This document shows, piece after piece, positions 17,634-26,966 of a stretch of 53,027 nt of DNA (positions are counted from its first letter, which is position 1; each line of letters begins with the position of its first letter). A program made the translations under genes and the position numbers. Below the pieces are notes generated by a model. The model did no database searches and was not told the DNA's origin. It saw nothing but the letters and a program-made list of their open reading frames with translations. Source of the stretch: a virus (lineage: Duplodnaviria; Caudoviricetes); the IMG/VR virus record IMGVR_UViG_3300045885_000475, positions 1-53,027 of that record; one strand, written 5' to 3'.

Positions 17634-19109
17634 ATGACCACGGAAATCGCCAAGGTGGAGTTCAAGCAGATCCAGCTCGAGGACCTCAAGGAGTCGCCCT
17701 ACAACCCGCGCCGGTCGTTCGACGACGACACCCTTAAGGAGCTGACCGACAGCATCAAGGCCAAGGGGATCCTGTCACCGCTCCTCGTCCGGGCGGTGAA
17801 CAACCACTTCGAGATCGTCGGCGGGGCCCGGCGCTACCGGGCGGCGAAGAAGGCCGGGCTCAAGTTCGTGCCCTGCACCGTCCGAAAGTTCACCGACGAC
17901 GAGGCCCTCGAAGCCGCGGTCATCGACAACCTTCAGCGCCAGGACGTCGCGCCTCTCGAGGAGGCCCGCGGCTATCAGGAGCTGCTCAAGCGCGGGCACA
18001 AGGTCGAGGACCTGGCCAAGAAGACCGGGAAGAGCGAGCGGTACATCTACGCGCGCCTCGAGCTGCAGAAGCTCGCTCCCGCGGTCCAGCGGGCGCTCGA
18101 CGACGGGAAGATCACGGCGAGCCACGCCCAGGAGATCGCGCGGCTCGACAACGAGGAGGACCAGAAGGAGGTCCTCGAGAAGGCGGTCGTCGAGGTCTAC
18201 GAGAACGACACCGGAGTGGGCGAGGGGCTGCTCGTCGAGCCGAAGTACGGCGACACCGGGGGCATGGGCGACCTCAAGGCGACGGTGAGCATCCGCGACT
18301 TCAAGAAGATCGTCGACGCCAAGAAGGTCGGCGCCGACCTGGTCGCCCAGCTCGACGCCCTCAAGGTCGCCGGTCACAAGGCCGCGCTCGTCACCGAGGA
18401 CAGCTGGTACCACCAGAGCAAGCAGGTCGTGACGAGCGGGAAGTGGAGGAGGCAGGGTCCCGGTCACTGCAAGTTTCCCGCGAAGGGCGTGCTCGTGGAC
18501 GACAAGAACCGCGGGAAGGTGATCGACATCTGCCTCACGACGAACTGCCAGAAGCACTTCAAGAACCACCCCGTCGGTGGACCGAGGTCGCCTCAGCAGG
18601 AGGCCCGCGAGAAGGCGGCCGCGGAGAAGCGCGCCCGGGAGGAAGCCGCACGGAAGGCCAGGGAGGAGCTCGAGAAGAAGATCAAGCTCGAAGCGTACCG
18701 CCAGATCTGCAACAAGGTGCGCGAGGTCCCCAAGCTCGCGCTGGCGCAGGTCCTGGCCGAGGCGATGCACCACGCGGCGCCGCACCTGGACGCGCTGTTC
18801 CCGGGGATCACGAACGGGACCACGCAGACCCAGGCGAAGAAGATCCTGACGTTCAAGCCGATCCAGCTCGCGCAGCTCGCGATCGGGATCGTCTGCACCG
18901 CCGACATCCAGGGCTGGACTTGGCAGCGAGACCTGCGCCTGGGCGACTTCACGAAGGAACTGGGCATCAACTACGCCGCCCTCGAGAAGGGCATCCGCGG
19001 GAAGTTCGCGGCCGAGAAGCGCGAGCAGGAGAAGCAGGCCAAGATCGCGCGCGACGCGCTCGGCGGCATCAAGGCGAAGAAGCTGAAGGCTCCCAAGAAG
19101 AAAAAGTAG
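17634..19109 (+). CDS. parB: ParB/Spo0J-family protein (CTPase domain, HTH, extended C-terminus)
   Basis: PYNPRRSF, SIKAKGILSPLLVR, GGARRYRAA, DNLQRQD, HTH VEDLAKKTGKSERYI. Confidence 0.9.
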   Translation: MTTEIAKVEFKQIQLEDLKESPYNPRRSFDDDTLKELTDSIKAKGILSPLLVRAVNNHFEIVGGARRYRAAKKAGLKFVPCTVRKFTDDEALEAAVIDNLQRQDVAPLEEARGYQELLKRGHKVEDLAKKTGKSERYIYARLELQKLAPAVQRALDDGKITASHAQEIARLDNEEDQKEVLEKAVVEVYENDTGVGEGLLVEPKYGDTGGMGDLKATVSIRDFKKIVDAKKVGADLVAQLDALKVAGHKAALVTEDSWYHQSKQVVTSGKWRRQGPGHCKFPAKGVLVDDKNRGKVIDICLTTNCQKHFKNHPVGGPRSPQQEAREKAAAEKRAREEAARKAREELEKKIKLEAYRQICNKVREVPKLALAQVLAEAMHHAAPHLDALFPGITNGTTQTQAKKILTFKPIQLAQLAIGIVCTADIQGWTWQRDLRLGDFTKELGINYAALEKGIRGKFAAEKREQEKQAKIARDALGGIKAKKLKAPKKKK

Positions 19110-19239
19110 GAGCCACCCGGGGGTACGGGTCTGGGTCTGGGGCAGAGAGGGACCGCGGGAGAGAGAACGGGAACGCGACCGGGGAGAGGGAAGAGGCCAG
19201 TACGGCTCTTCCCCGAAAAATTCGGCGAGAGGGATAGCA

Positions 19240-19902
19240 GTGGTCGGAGAGAGAGCGACAGCGGCCGCGAGCGCGGCCACGGCACCGGATCAGGAGAAGA
19301 AGCTCTTCCCCTGTTCCGAGTGCGACTTCATGACCGAGGACCTCGGCCAGCTCGGCGAGCACCTCGAGGCCCATCGGGAGGTCACCGCCCCCACGCCGCC
19401 CACAACTCGCGGCAAGCCCACGTCGGCACCTTGCTCCAAGGGCTGCGGCCGCCACTTCCCCTTCAAGCACGGGCGCGCGGACCGCGAGCAGCGCCAGCAC
19501 GAGCAGATCTGCGACGGCCGGCCGCCCATCGTAGCGGCGCCGCCGGCCAAGAAGGACGAGACGGGGACGAACCCCAAGGAGGAGGCGGTGGCGAAGAAGG
19601 CGAAGTGTTCGAACTGCGGCGAGATGGTCTCGATGCACCCGCCGGCCAGGGCGCGGCACCTTAAGCGATGCACGCGCGGCGCGGGCGCCGGCGAGAAGAG
19701 CCGCGAGGAGAAGGAGCCCCTCGTCGTGGTCGACAAGGACCAGCCGACGCTCCCGATCCGCGATCGCGTGATCGCGATGCTGGAGCTTGAGGAGGAGCGG
19801 CTCTCGCAGGAGCTGGGCCGCACGAAAGCGATGCTGCGCGCGGTCCGCGACGCGGCGCCCGATGAGGGGGGGGGTGATACCCGCCCTACGAACCGGAAGT
19901 AG
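19240..19902 (+). CDS. Multi-Zn-finger protein
   Basis: CSEC...HLEAH; CSKGC...HEQIC; CSNC...HLKRC. Confidence 0.65.
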   Translation: MVGERATAAASAATAPDQEKKLFPCSECDFMTEDLGQLGEHLEAHREVTAPTPPTTRGKPTSAPCSKGCGRHFPFKHGRADREQRQHEQICDGRPPIVAAPPAKKDETGTNPKEEAVAKKAKCSNCGEMVSMHPPARARHLKRCTRGAGAGEKSREEKEPLVVVDKDQPTLPIRDRVIAMLELEEERLSQELGRTKAMLRAVRDAAPDEGGGDTRPTNRK

Positions 19903-19952
19903 CCGCACCTTTCGCCAGGCGGCCTGAACCCCGAGAGACCGAAGAGGAGCGC

Positions 19953-20507
19953 GTGATTCGAGAGTTGACGCCCAGGATCCGGAAGCTCGCGGCCCGCGTG
20001 GGCGCGAAAGGCGCCGTCGACGCCGACGACTTGGTCCAGGCGGCGCTCATCCAGGTCCTCCGCGCGCGCCGGCGGTTCGACCCCGCGAGGGGCACGAGCT
20101 GGCGGACGTTCGCCCTCACGCGCGCCCGCTTCGCCATGCTCGACGAGCTCCGGGAGGTGGACCACGTCCCTCGCCTCGAGCGGATCCGCGCCAAGCGCGA
20201 GGGCCGGAAGCTTCCCCGGATGCTCTCCATGCAGACGTCGGACACCCGCCTCGTCCCTCGAGATCTCCCGGACCTCGTCCCCTGTGGTCCGGTAAGCGCG
20301 GCCGTCGCCGGCGACCTGTGGGCGACCCTCCCCACCCTGGTCGGCCGGCGGCGGGCCCGCGTCCTCGAGGCGTACTACCGCCACGGCTTCAACCTGAAGA
20401 AGCTCGGGCGGATCCTCGGCATGAGCGAGTCCCGCGCGTGCCAGCTGCGCCAGCAGGGCATCGAGCGCCTGCGCGCCCACCTCGAGAAGAAGGAGTCCAC
20501 GTCATGA
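19953..20507 (+). CDS. FliA/WhiG-like (sigma-28 type) sigma factor with shortened region 3
   Basis: DDLVQAA...FDPARG...F...R.RFAMLDELREVDHVPR; region 4 LKKLGRILGMSESRACQL. Confidence 0.85.
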   Translation: MIRELTPRIRKLAARVGAKGAVDADDLVQAALIQVLRARRRFDPARGTSWRTFALTRARFAMLDELREVDHVPRLERIRAKREGRKLPRMLSMQTSDTRLVPRDLPDLVPCGPVSAAVAGDLWATLPTLVGRRRARVLEAYYRHGFNLKKLGRILGMSESRACQLRQQGIERLRAHLEKKESTS

Positions 20508-21172
20508 TCTCGCACAGCGGCATCTGGCTCACGCCCGACACGGGCCTTGTCCCCTCCCCGCACGACATCGCGGTCCACATGGGCCGGATCACGCGCTACG
20601 CCGGCGCGATCTGGTGCCCGCTCCTCTGCCATTCGGTCTTCGTGGGCGAGCTCGCGTGGGGCACGCTCCTCCTCGAGGCCCAGGGGAAGCCGTTCGACTA
20701 CCAGACCTGGGCGTGGGCCCTTCTCCACGACGCCCACGAGACGTTCATGGCCGACATCCCCCGGCGATGGAAGATCCCGGAGCGGAAGGCTCAGGAACAC
20801 GAGGCGGACCTGCGCCTCATGGCGGCGTACGGCCTGGTCGACCGGGAGATCAACCACGTCCTCATCAAAGCCTGCGACGAGATCGCACTCATGGCCGAGG
20901 CCGTGGTCCTGGACCTCCCCGGCTTCCGGGAGAAGTACTGCATCGAGCAGAAGCTCGCGGAGTTCCCGGAGCCGACCGAAGCCGAGACGGACCTCATGCA
21001 GGCGCTCATCGGCTCGGACTTCTACCGCGCGCCGGCCTGCCTCGATTCACGATCGACGGCTGTCGTCGGGTTCGCCCTGGTCCTCGAGCTGGTCCGCAAG
21101 CGCGAGCTAGAAGGGGCACTCCACGCCTTCCGCTCGCTCCTCAACCGCGTCCTCCCGGAGGTGCCGGCATGA
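20504..21172 (+). CDS. HD-domain phosphohydrolase (YfbR-like nucleotidase)
   Basis: DIAVHM...RYAG...HS...ALLHDAHETFMADIP. Confidence 0.85.
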   Translation: MISHSGIWLTPDTGLVPSPHDIAVHMGRITRYAGAIWCPLLCHSVFVGELAWGTLLLEAQGKPFDYQTWAWALLHDAHETFMADIPRRWKIPERKAQEHEADLRLMAAYGLVDREINHVLIKACDEIALMAEAVVLDLPGFREKYCIEQKLAEFPEPTEAETDLMQALIGSDFYRAPACLDSRSTAVVGFALVLELVRKRELEGALHAFRSLLNRVLPEVPA

Positions 21173-21318
21173 GGTGGACGTGGGAAGAGATCGAGCTCTG
21201 GAAGCGGGCGCTGTACGCCTTGGCGACGACGAATCAGCCCGTCGATTACGACCTCTATCACTTCTGCGGCGAGTGGCTCGCCTCCTTGACCCTCGACGCC
21301 CCCGAGGTGCTGGCATGA
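21169..21318 (+). CDS. Hypothetical protein, 49 aa
   Basis: GGAGGTG RBS; ATGA coupling at both ends. Confidence 0.55.
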   Translation: MRWTWEEIELWKRALYALATTNQPVDYDLYHFCGEWLASLTLDAPEVLA

Positions 21319-21611
21319 GCGCGCCCAACCCGTCGAAGGCCGGCCGCGGGATCTGCAAGGGCTGCGGCGCCGCCATCATCTGGATCAAGAACGAGCGCGG
21401 CAAGCCCGAGCCGTTCGACGCGAAGCCCACCCGAGTACTCCATCTGGAGGGCGACAAGCAGATTGACCCGCGCGTCACGTTCACGGTCGGTAACTTCCCT
21501 CTCGAGCCTTGGGCGGGCCAGGACTGGGAGCTCGACGTCGCCCACCTGCCCCACTTCGTGAGCTGCCCCGTCGCCGATCGCTTCCGCAAGCCCAAGGAGC
21601 CGCGGCCATGA
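21315..21611 (+). CDS. Zn-binding hypothetical phage protein
   Basis: CKGCGAAIIW...HFVSCP motif. Confidence 0.7.
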   Translation: MSAPNPSKAGRGICKGCGAAIIWIKNERGKPEPFDAKPTRVLHLEGDKQIDPRVTFTVGNFPLEPWAGQDWELDVAHLPHFVSCPVADRFRKPKEPRP

Positions 21612-21889
21612 AGCCCCTCGAGTGGCTCCGATCGATTTACCGCCGCGTCACCCGGGTGGAGTACCCGCCGGTGGCGGCCTCCTTCCACTGCTCGGCCTGT
21701 GGTCGGCTGAGCAGCACTGACAAGGTCGACGCAGAGGGCCGCTGTTACCGCTGCCGGCCCCACGACCACGAGTGCTCGCGCTGCGGCGCCGCCTGGCACC
21801 ACGTGCCCGGTGCCTTTCCGTGTCGGACCCATCACCGCGCGCCGTGCGGCGGATGCGCCGGCGCTGAATTCCCGGAGGCGCATCCATGA
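21608..21889 (+). CDS. Cys-rich hypothetical protein
   Basis: Several CxxC pairs; coupled. Confidence 0.6.
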   Translation: MKPLEWLRSIYRRVTRVEYPPVAASFHCSACGRLSSTDKVDAEGRCYRCRPHDHECSRCGAAWHHVPGAFPCRTHHRAPCGGCAGAEFPEAHP

Positions 21890-22332
21890 TGAGTCACGAA
21901 CGCTTCAACGAGCTGCTCGCGGGGCCGCTCCACCACCCGCTGCCGCACTTCATCGTCTCGCGCCTGGTGCTGGCGCTCAAGCACGTCGTCGACGCGACGG
22001 GCGACGCCGGCGAGAAGGCCCTCGAGGAGTACTGCGCGGCGCGCGAGGGTGAGCCGCACGGCGAGATGGTCGACGACGGAGACGGGGACCCCTTCATCAA
22101 CGGCGCCGCGGACATCACGCCGCTGCCCACGGACCGCGTGTTCGACGACAGCCCCGACGCGGGGCACCCCGACTGCCTTTGCTCGCGCTGCGGGAATCTG
22201 ATTGACGAGAAGACGCTCGCGATCCGCGCCTGGCCCGAGGGAGGCAAGGAGTACCGGTACCACCCCGCCTGCGTGGGTCTGGGGCAGGTCCCGCACGAGG
22301 AGGTCGAGAGCGAGCCGGAGGACCTGCCGTGA
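21886..22332 (+). CDS. Hypothetical protein with a C-terminal Zn finger
   Basis: CSRC...HPAC. Confidence 0.65.
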   Translation: MMSHERFNELLAGPLHHPLPHFIVSRLVLALKHVVDATGDAGEKALEEYCAAREGEPHGEMVDDGDGDPFINGAADITPLPTDRVFDDSPDAGHPDCLCSRCGNLIDEKTLAIRAWPEGGKEYRYHPACVGLGQVPHEEVESEPEDLP

Positions 22333-22637
22333 GCAGAAGCCAGCCCCTCGACCCAAGGAAGCGCGGCCGCCTCGAGCCCTACCGCATGGCCTCGACTCGT
22401 GCGGCGCTCCTCAAGCTCGGCTGCACGGTGACTCCCGGCCCGGACGGGTTCCGCTCCTTCAGCGTGGTCTTCCCGAGCGGCCGGCGCTTCAACTTCTGGC
22501 CCTACTCGGGCTGGTTCGCCGGCAAGACGCAGGGCCGTGGCTTCGAGAACTTGGTGAAGGCGGGGGCCGCGGCCGTGGAGATCTCGCCGGCGACCTGGCC
22601 GCCCCCCCCCCAAGCCGTTCCCAGGAATCTCGAGTGA
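22329..22637 (+). CDS. Hypothetical protein
   Basis: FWPYSGWF...GRGFENL motif; coupled. Confidence 0.65.
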   Translation: MSRSQPLDPRKRGRLEPYRMASTRAALLKLGCTVTPGPDGFRSFSVVFPSGRRFNFWPYSGWFAGKTQGRGFENLVKAGAAAVEISPATWPPPPQAVPRNLE

Positions 22638-22700
22638 CGAACGTCCGCCGGCGGTCGGCGGGCTGGAGATAGAGGACCTGCACTGAAAGGAGACGGGGCC

Positions 22701-23003
22701 ATGGCGCAGAAGAAGCTGCCCGGGTTCACGGAGATCGAGGACGACGTGGTCGAGGACCTCGCGAAGGACTACCGGGACATGACCGACAAGTGGCTCGCCG
22801 CCCAGAAGCCGGCGCTCGAGAAGGAGAAGGAGCTCCAGGCCGCGATCGCGAAGAACAAGAAGATCCTCGAGGCCGCCCGCAAGCACCCCAAGGGCAAGGT
22901 CAAGGTGGGCGGCGTCCTCCTCACGATCGCCCCGCCGACCGACACGCCGAAGGTGCGCGTCAAGATCCTGAGCGAGGAGGAGGAAGAGGAGGCGGCGGAG
23001 TAG
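22701..23003 (+). CDS. Hypothetical protein
   Basis: AAAGGAGACGGGG RBS; 100 aa. Confidence 0.75.
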   Translation: MAQKKLPGFTEIEDDVVEDLAKDYRDMTDKWLAAQKPALEKEKELQAAIAKNKKILEAARKHPKGKVKVGGVLLTIAPPTDTPKVRVKILSEEEEEEAAE

Positions 23004-23006
23004 TCG

Positions 23007-23492
23007 ATGGACGCAGCCGCTCACAACAAGAAAACCCCCGGGGCCCGCGCCGATCGTCTCTGGATGGTCGGCGCGGGCGTCATCCACGGTCTGATCCACG
23101 GGCCTCTGCCGAACAAGTCGAACGCGAAGCGCATCGGCAAGATCCGCGGCCGCTGGATGCTCTTCCAGGACGAGACGGTCCGGGACTACATCGAGCAGTT
23201 CGAGACCGCGGTGTGGTCGAGCTTGGGCAAGATCGAGCCGCTCCCGCCGGACGCGAAGCTCTACTTCAAGGCCACGGTCCACCAGCAGAACATGCTTCGG
23301 GACCTCGACTGCGAGCTCCTGCCGGACCTCCTCCAGCGGTTCAACCTGATCGCGAACGACCGTGCGATCTGGCGCAAGGAGTACGAGCGCCGCCTGGACA
23401 AGGAGAACCCGCGCGTCGAGTTCGAGCTCGGGCCCTGGCGGCTGCCGGGCGAGGTGGACCTGTTCGATTCAACGAGAGAGGGCGACCGATGA
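23007..23492 (+). CDS. rusA: RusA-like Holliday junction resolvase
   Basis: PNKSN...RDLD...DLLQ...IANDRAI...DKENPRVE. Confidence 0.75.
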   Translation: MDAAAHNKKTPGARADRLWMVGAGVIHGLIHGPLPNKSNAKRIGKIRGRWMLFQDETVRDYIEQFETAVWSSLGKIEPLPPDAKLYFKATVHQQNMLRDLDCELLPDLLQRFNLIANDRAIWRKEYERRLDKENPRVEFELGPWRLPGEVDLFDSTREGDR

Positions 23493-24523
23493 GCCGAGGC
23501 ATGAAGGTCATGGTGGATCCCGCGTTCCCGGACCACCGCAAGGTCCGCGCGCTCGGTCGAGCCCTCGGCGTCGACCCGATGCAGGCCCTCGGCCACGTCG
23601 TCGCGCTCTGGTGCCGCGTGATGAAGGAGTGCCCAAGCGGGGACATCCGGGCCTGGGACGACCACGACATCGCCGACGCGGCGCACTGGAGGGGCGACGC
23701 CAAGAAGCTGGTGACGGCCCTCCGCTCGAAGCCCATCCGCTTCCTCGAACGCGACGAGGTGCACGACTGGGTCGACGAGCAAGGAGACCTGGTCGCGCAG
23801 CGGGAGTCGTGGCGAAAGGAAAAGGCGCGCCAGCGTGCGGCGGCAAGGGCGAAGGCTGTCCACGAAGACAGCCCCGGTTGTCCACCCCAGACAGATGCCT
23901 GTGGAAACCCTGTGGAAGTGTCCGGAAAGACAGGGGGGGGTGTCCTACCGGAGTCCGGTCTCTCCGTTCCCTTCCCTTCCCGTACAACAACAAGCCCTTC
24001 CGTGCCTGTTGTCGGACATCGACGCGCGCGGGCGTCTACGTCTACGCACGTAGAGGGGACCCCCCTTGCGGGGGGTACGGGGGACGCGGACAGGCTTGTT
24101 GTTGCTGGGGACGGGGGGGCACCAGTATTGGACGGCCTGCTCGCCCAGGTTTCCCACCCCCATTCCCTGCAGCTCCTCAAGGACGCCGGGGTCCGCGGGG
24201 ACGTCGCCGACCGCTTCGCCCGCACCAAGCCCGTGGGCTACGTGCTGGCCGTCGTCCAGGCCGCGCGCGAGAAGGAGAACCCCGGGGGGTACGCGGTCAC
24301 CGTGCTCGAGAAGGACTACCCGGCGCCGGCGATGAACGGACCGGCGAACGCCCTGGAACGGGAGGCCCTGGTGAAGGCGCTCGCGGCGGCGGACGGGGAG
24401 CGCCGCACCCGCCTGGCCAAGCACTTTGCGGCGGGGCGACCGGCGCCCGAGCGGCGCCCGGACGAGAGCGAGGACGAGTACTTGCGGCGGATCCAGCGCG
24501 AGAAGTCGGAGGGCTCGAAGTGA
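23489..24523 (+). CDS. Putative replication initiator (N-terminal wHTH, low-complexity linker)
   Basis: HRKVRAL...ALGHVVALW...HDW...Q...RKEKARQR pattern of phage O-like initiators; internal repeat-rich linker. Confidence 0.65.
   Translation: MSRGMKVMVDPAFPDHRKVRALGRALGVDPMQALGHVVALWCRVMKECPSGDIRAWDDHDIADAAHWRGDAKKLVTALRSKPIRFLERDEVHDWVDEQGDLVAQRESWRKEKARQRAAARAKAVHEDSPGCPPQTDACGNPVEVSGKTGGGVLPESGLSVPFPSRTTTSPSVPVVGHRRARASTSTHVEGTPLAGGTGDADRLVVAGDGGAPVLDGLLAQVSHPHSLQLLKDAGVRGDVADRFARTKPVGYVLAVVQAAREKENPGGYAVTVLEKDYPAPAMNGPANALEREALVKALAAADGERRTRLAKHFAAGRPAPERRPDESEDEYLRRIQREKSEGSK
23875..24125. other. Candidate replication origin inside the initiator gene
   Basis: CCTGTGGAA x2, GTCC repeats, 12-bp inverted repeat 23985-23996/24093-24104, atypical composition. 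Confidence 0.5.
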
Positions 24524-24774
24524 AGAAGCGACGCGCGACGCCTGTCTATCTGAACCCGCGGCGCGACTGCCCGGACTGCCAGGGTGCCGGGTGGGTGGTC
24601 AGCAAGGACGCGCCGGTCCGGATCCCGGAGGGCGCGAAGGCCTCGAGCTACTCGCCGCCGCTCGTCCGGTGTCGCTGCACGATCCCGGGAGTGCAGACGC
24701 CTGCGGAGCCGATGCCGCCGGCCGAAGTCGTCGACCAAGCGCGGCGCGCGAGCGGAGAGCGGGAGGAAGCCTGA
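24520..24774 (+). CDS. Zn-finger protein (CxxCxGxGW...CxC)
   Basis: CPDCQGAGW...RCRC; follows the initiator. Confidence 0.65.
   Translation: MKKRRATPVYLNPRRDCPDCQGAGWVVSKDAPVRIPEGAKASSYSPPLVRCRCTIPGVQTPAEPMPPAEVVDQARRASGEREEA
24691..24706. promoter_or_regulatory. Palindrome site D (GTGCAGACGCCTGCGG)
   Basis: 2 mismatches to the core. Confidence 0.5.
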
Positions 24775-25043
24775 TGCCGCACTGCGAGCCATTCGTGGAC
24801 CCGAAGAGCGGCGCCCGGGGCTTCATCTGCGGCCGGCGACGGGGGAAGCGCGAGCCGTGCTTCGTCCGGGACTGCCGACGCCCGGGCGAGGTCCTCTGCG
24901 ACTGGCTCCTGGTGCCCAACCGGCCGGGCCGCGGCGAGGTGACCTGCAGTCGGCTCTGCTGCCGGATCCACGCCCGCCACCTGGGCGAGGACAAGGACTA
25001 CTGCCTCGAGCACGCGCTGCGGAAAAGGAGGGAGGAGGCTTGA
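24774..25043 (+). CDS. Cys-rich hypothetical protein
   Basis: GFICG...LCDW...TC...C..H...DYC..H. Confidence 0.7.
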   Translation: MPHCEPFVDPKSGARGFICGRRRGKREPCFVRDCRRPGEVLCDWLLVPNRPGRGEVTCSRLCCRIHARHLGEDKDYCLEHALRKRREEA

Positions 25044-25279
25044 TGGTCGAGATCCTGATCGGCGTAGTCGTCGTGGCCGTGATCCCCCTCCTGCAGTGGC
25101 TGGCCTGCAAGGGGGCGGAGGCCATGGAGCGGGCCCGCTGCGCCGCGATCGTGGCGAACCAGATCTGCGTCGGGCATCAGAGGTTCCCCAACCTGGTCGA
25201 GCGGACGCTGGGCCGGTGCTCTTCCTGCGACCGGCTCCACGACGCGCTGCGCGAGATCACGCGGAGGAAGGACGAATGA
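25043..25279 (+). CDS. Small membrane-anchored Cys protein
   Basis: N-terminal hydrophobic helix; GGAGGAGG RBS. Confidence 0.6.
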   Translation: MVEILIGVVVVAVIPLLQWLACKGAEAMERARCAAIVANQICVGHQRFPNLVERTLGRCSSCDRLHDALREITRRKDE

Positions 25280-25509
25280 AACCGCCACCGAAGCCCCACC
25301 CCGAGCAGCTCGAGGAGCTGGACCTCGAGCGCTGTCCCTTCTGCAACAGCGGCGGTCCCTTGGTCTCGGCGATGTGCTCGACGGCGATTCGGGAGTGCTG
25401 GGGCTTCTGTTCGGTCTGCCGTGCGACGGGCCCGGTGCAGCAGACCCTCGAGGCCGCGGCGGAGGCGTGGAACAGGCGGGCGAGAATCGGAAAGGAGACG
25501 GGGAAGTGA
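25276..25509 (+). CDS. Lar-family restriction-alleviation-like protein
   Basis: CPFC...CSVCRATGP...AAEAWNRR. Confidence 0.7.
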   Translation: MKPPPKPHPEQLEELDLERCPFCNSGGPLVSAMCSTAIRECWGFCSVCRATGPVQQTLEAAAEAWNRRARIGKETGK

Positions 25510-26966
25510 ACAAGCTCACGATCGGCACGCTGGCGGACGGCAAGCCCTTCACGCTGCCGGCGGACCTGGGCGACAAGAAGTTCGCGTTTCTGGCCCAGTC
25601 GAAGAAGGGCAAGACGTACGGCCTGGGGGACATCCTTGAGGAGCTGACCGACGCGCACCGGCCGTGGTCTGCCTTCGACCCGGGGAGCAACCTGTGGGGC
25701 CTGCGGGTCATGCCCGACGGGAAGCCGAGCGGCCTCCCGATCGTGGTCATGGGCGGGGACCATGGGGACCTTCCGCTTGAGAAGGACGCCGGCGAGCGGG
25801 TGGCCGAGGCCTTCATCGCCACGCCGACGTGCCTCGTGATCGACGTGTCCTTCGAGTCGAAGACGACCGTCCGCAAGTTCGTGACGGACTACTGCAACGG
25901 GCTCATGCGGACCAGGGCGCCAGGCGGCCGCGTTGTCTTCTTCGAGGAGGCGCCCGAATTCGTCCCCCAGAGGGCGAACTACCCGGGGATCCAGGTCTGC
26001 AAGGCCGCGGTCGACCGCCTGGTCCGGATCGGCGGCAACTTCGGCTACGGGACCTGGCTGATCTCGCAGCGCTCGGCCACGATCGACAAGGACGTCCTCA
26101 GCCAGTGCGAGGCCCTGATCGTCATGGGCCTCACCGACACGCGCGACCGGAAGGCCGTGAAGGAGTGGATGGTCGCGAAGGACATCGACCAGCGGATGGC
26201 GCAGTGCTTCGAGGAGCTCGGCTCCCTCAAGCCGGGCGAGGCCTGGCTCTGGTGGCCCGGCGAGGACCGCTTCGAACGATTCACCTTCCGGAAGCGTCGG
26301 ACCCTGCACCCGCGGGAGATGCAGAAGCTCGGCCTCAAGCCCGCCGCGGTGGAGCTCGGGGACGCGCGGCTGTTCGTCGAGCGGCTCAAGAAGGAGCTGA
26401 CGAAGACCGTCGCCACGGTCTCCGAGTCGAAGATCGTCAAGAGCGCACGCGCGATCGCCGAAATGGCGAAGAACCCCGAGCTCAAGCAGGTCCTCGTCGA
26501 GGCGAACGCCGGCGTATCCAAGGCTTTGGGCGAGGCCTCCGCGCAGATGAAGGAGCTCCGTGACCAGGTCGCCGAGCTCGCGCTCGAGAACGGGAGACTC
26601 AAGAGCGAGGTATCGCAGCAGCGCGGCCGCGCCGACGCCGCCGAGCGCCGCCTCGAGGCCGTCCGCAAGCACCTGCGGCCGCAGTACGACGCGCTCGCGG
26701 CGCTGTTCCAGGACCTGGGCGAGGCCTCGCCGGCGGGCGTGGTCGACCGCGGGCCCTACCAGCTGCTGCTCGAGAAGGCTCGGGCGCGGGGCTGCGGGAA
26801 GATGCTCGAGGTCCTTCTCGATCGCCCGCAGCTCACGAAAAACCAGCTCGGGATCCTCGCCGGCGTGCCGGCGGCCAAGTCCACGTTCCGCGCGTACATG
26901 GCCTGGCTCAAGCGGGCCGGCCTGGTGGAAGTCGAGGGGGACAGCGTGAAGCTGAGGGCGGTATGA
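25506..26966 (+). CDS. HerA/FtsK-family (DUF87-like) ATPase with coiled coil and C-terminal wHTH
   Basis: AQSKKGKT, FFEEAPEFVPQ, ISQRSATIDKDVLSQC, LKPGEA. Confidence 0.85.
   Translation: MNKLTIGTLADGKPFTLPADLGDKKFAFLAQSKKGKTYGLGDILEELTDAHRPWSAFDPGSNLWGLRVMPDGKPSGLPIVVMGGDHGDLPLEKDAGERVAEAFIATPTCLVIDVSFESKTTVRKFVTDYCNGLMRTRAPGGRVVFFEEAPEFVPQRANYPGIQVCKAAVDRLVRIGGNFGYGTWLISQRSATIDKDVLSQCEALIVMGLTDTRDRKAVKEWMVAKDIDQRMAQCFEELGSLKPGEAWLWWPGEDRFERFTFRKRRTLHPREMQKLGLKPAAVELGDARLFVERLKKELTKTVATVSESKIVKSARAIAEMAKNPELKQVLVEANAGVSKALGEASAQMKELRDQVAELALENGRLKSEVSQQRGRADAAERRLEAVRKHLRPQYDALAALFQDLGEASPAGVVDRGPYQLLLEKARARGCGKMLEVLLDRPQLTKNQLGILAGVPAAKSTFRAYMAWLKRAGLVEVEGDSVKLRAV

Noticed and set aside
20504-21172. 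HD protein as DatZ of a Z-genome pathway
   Set aside because: No PurZ, MazZ or phage DNA polymerase is visible.
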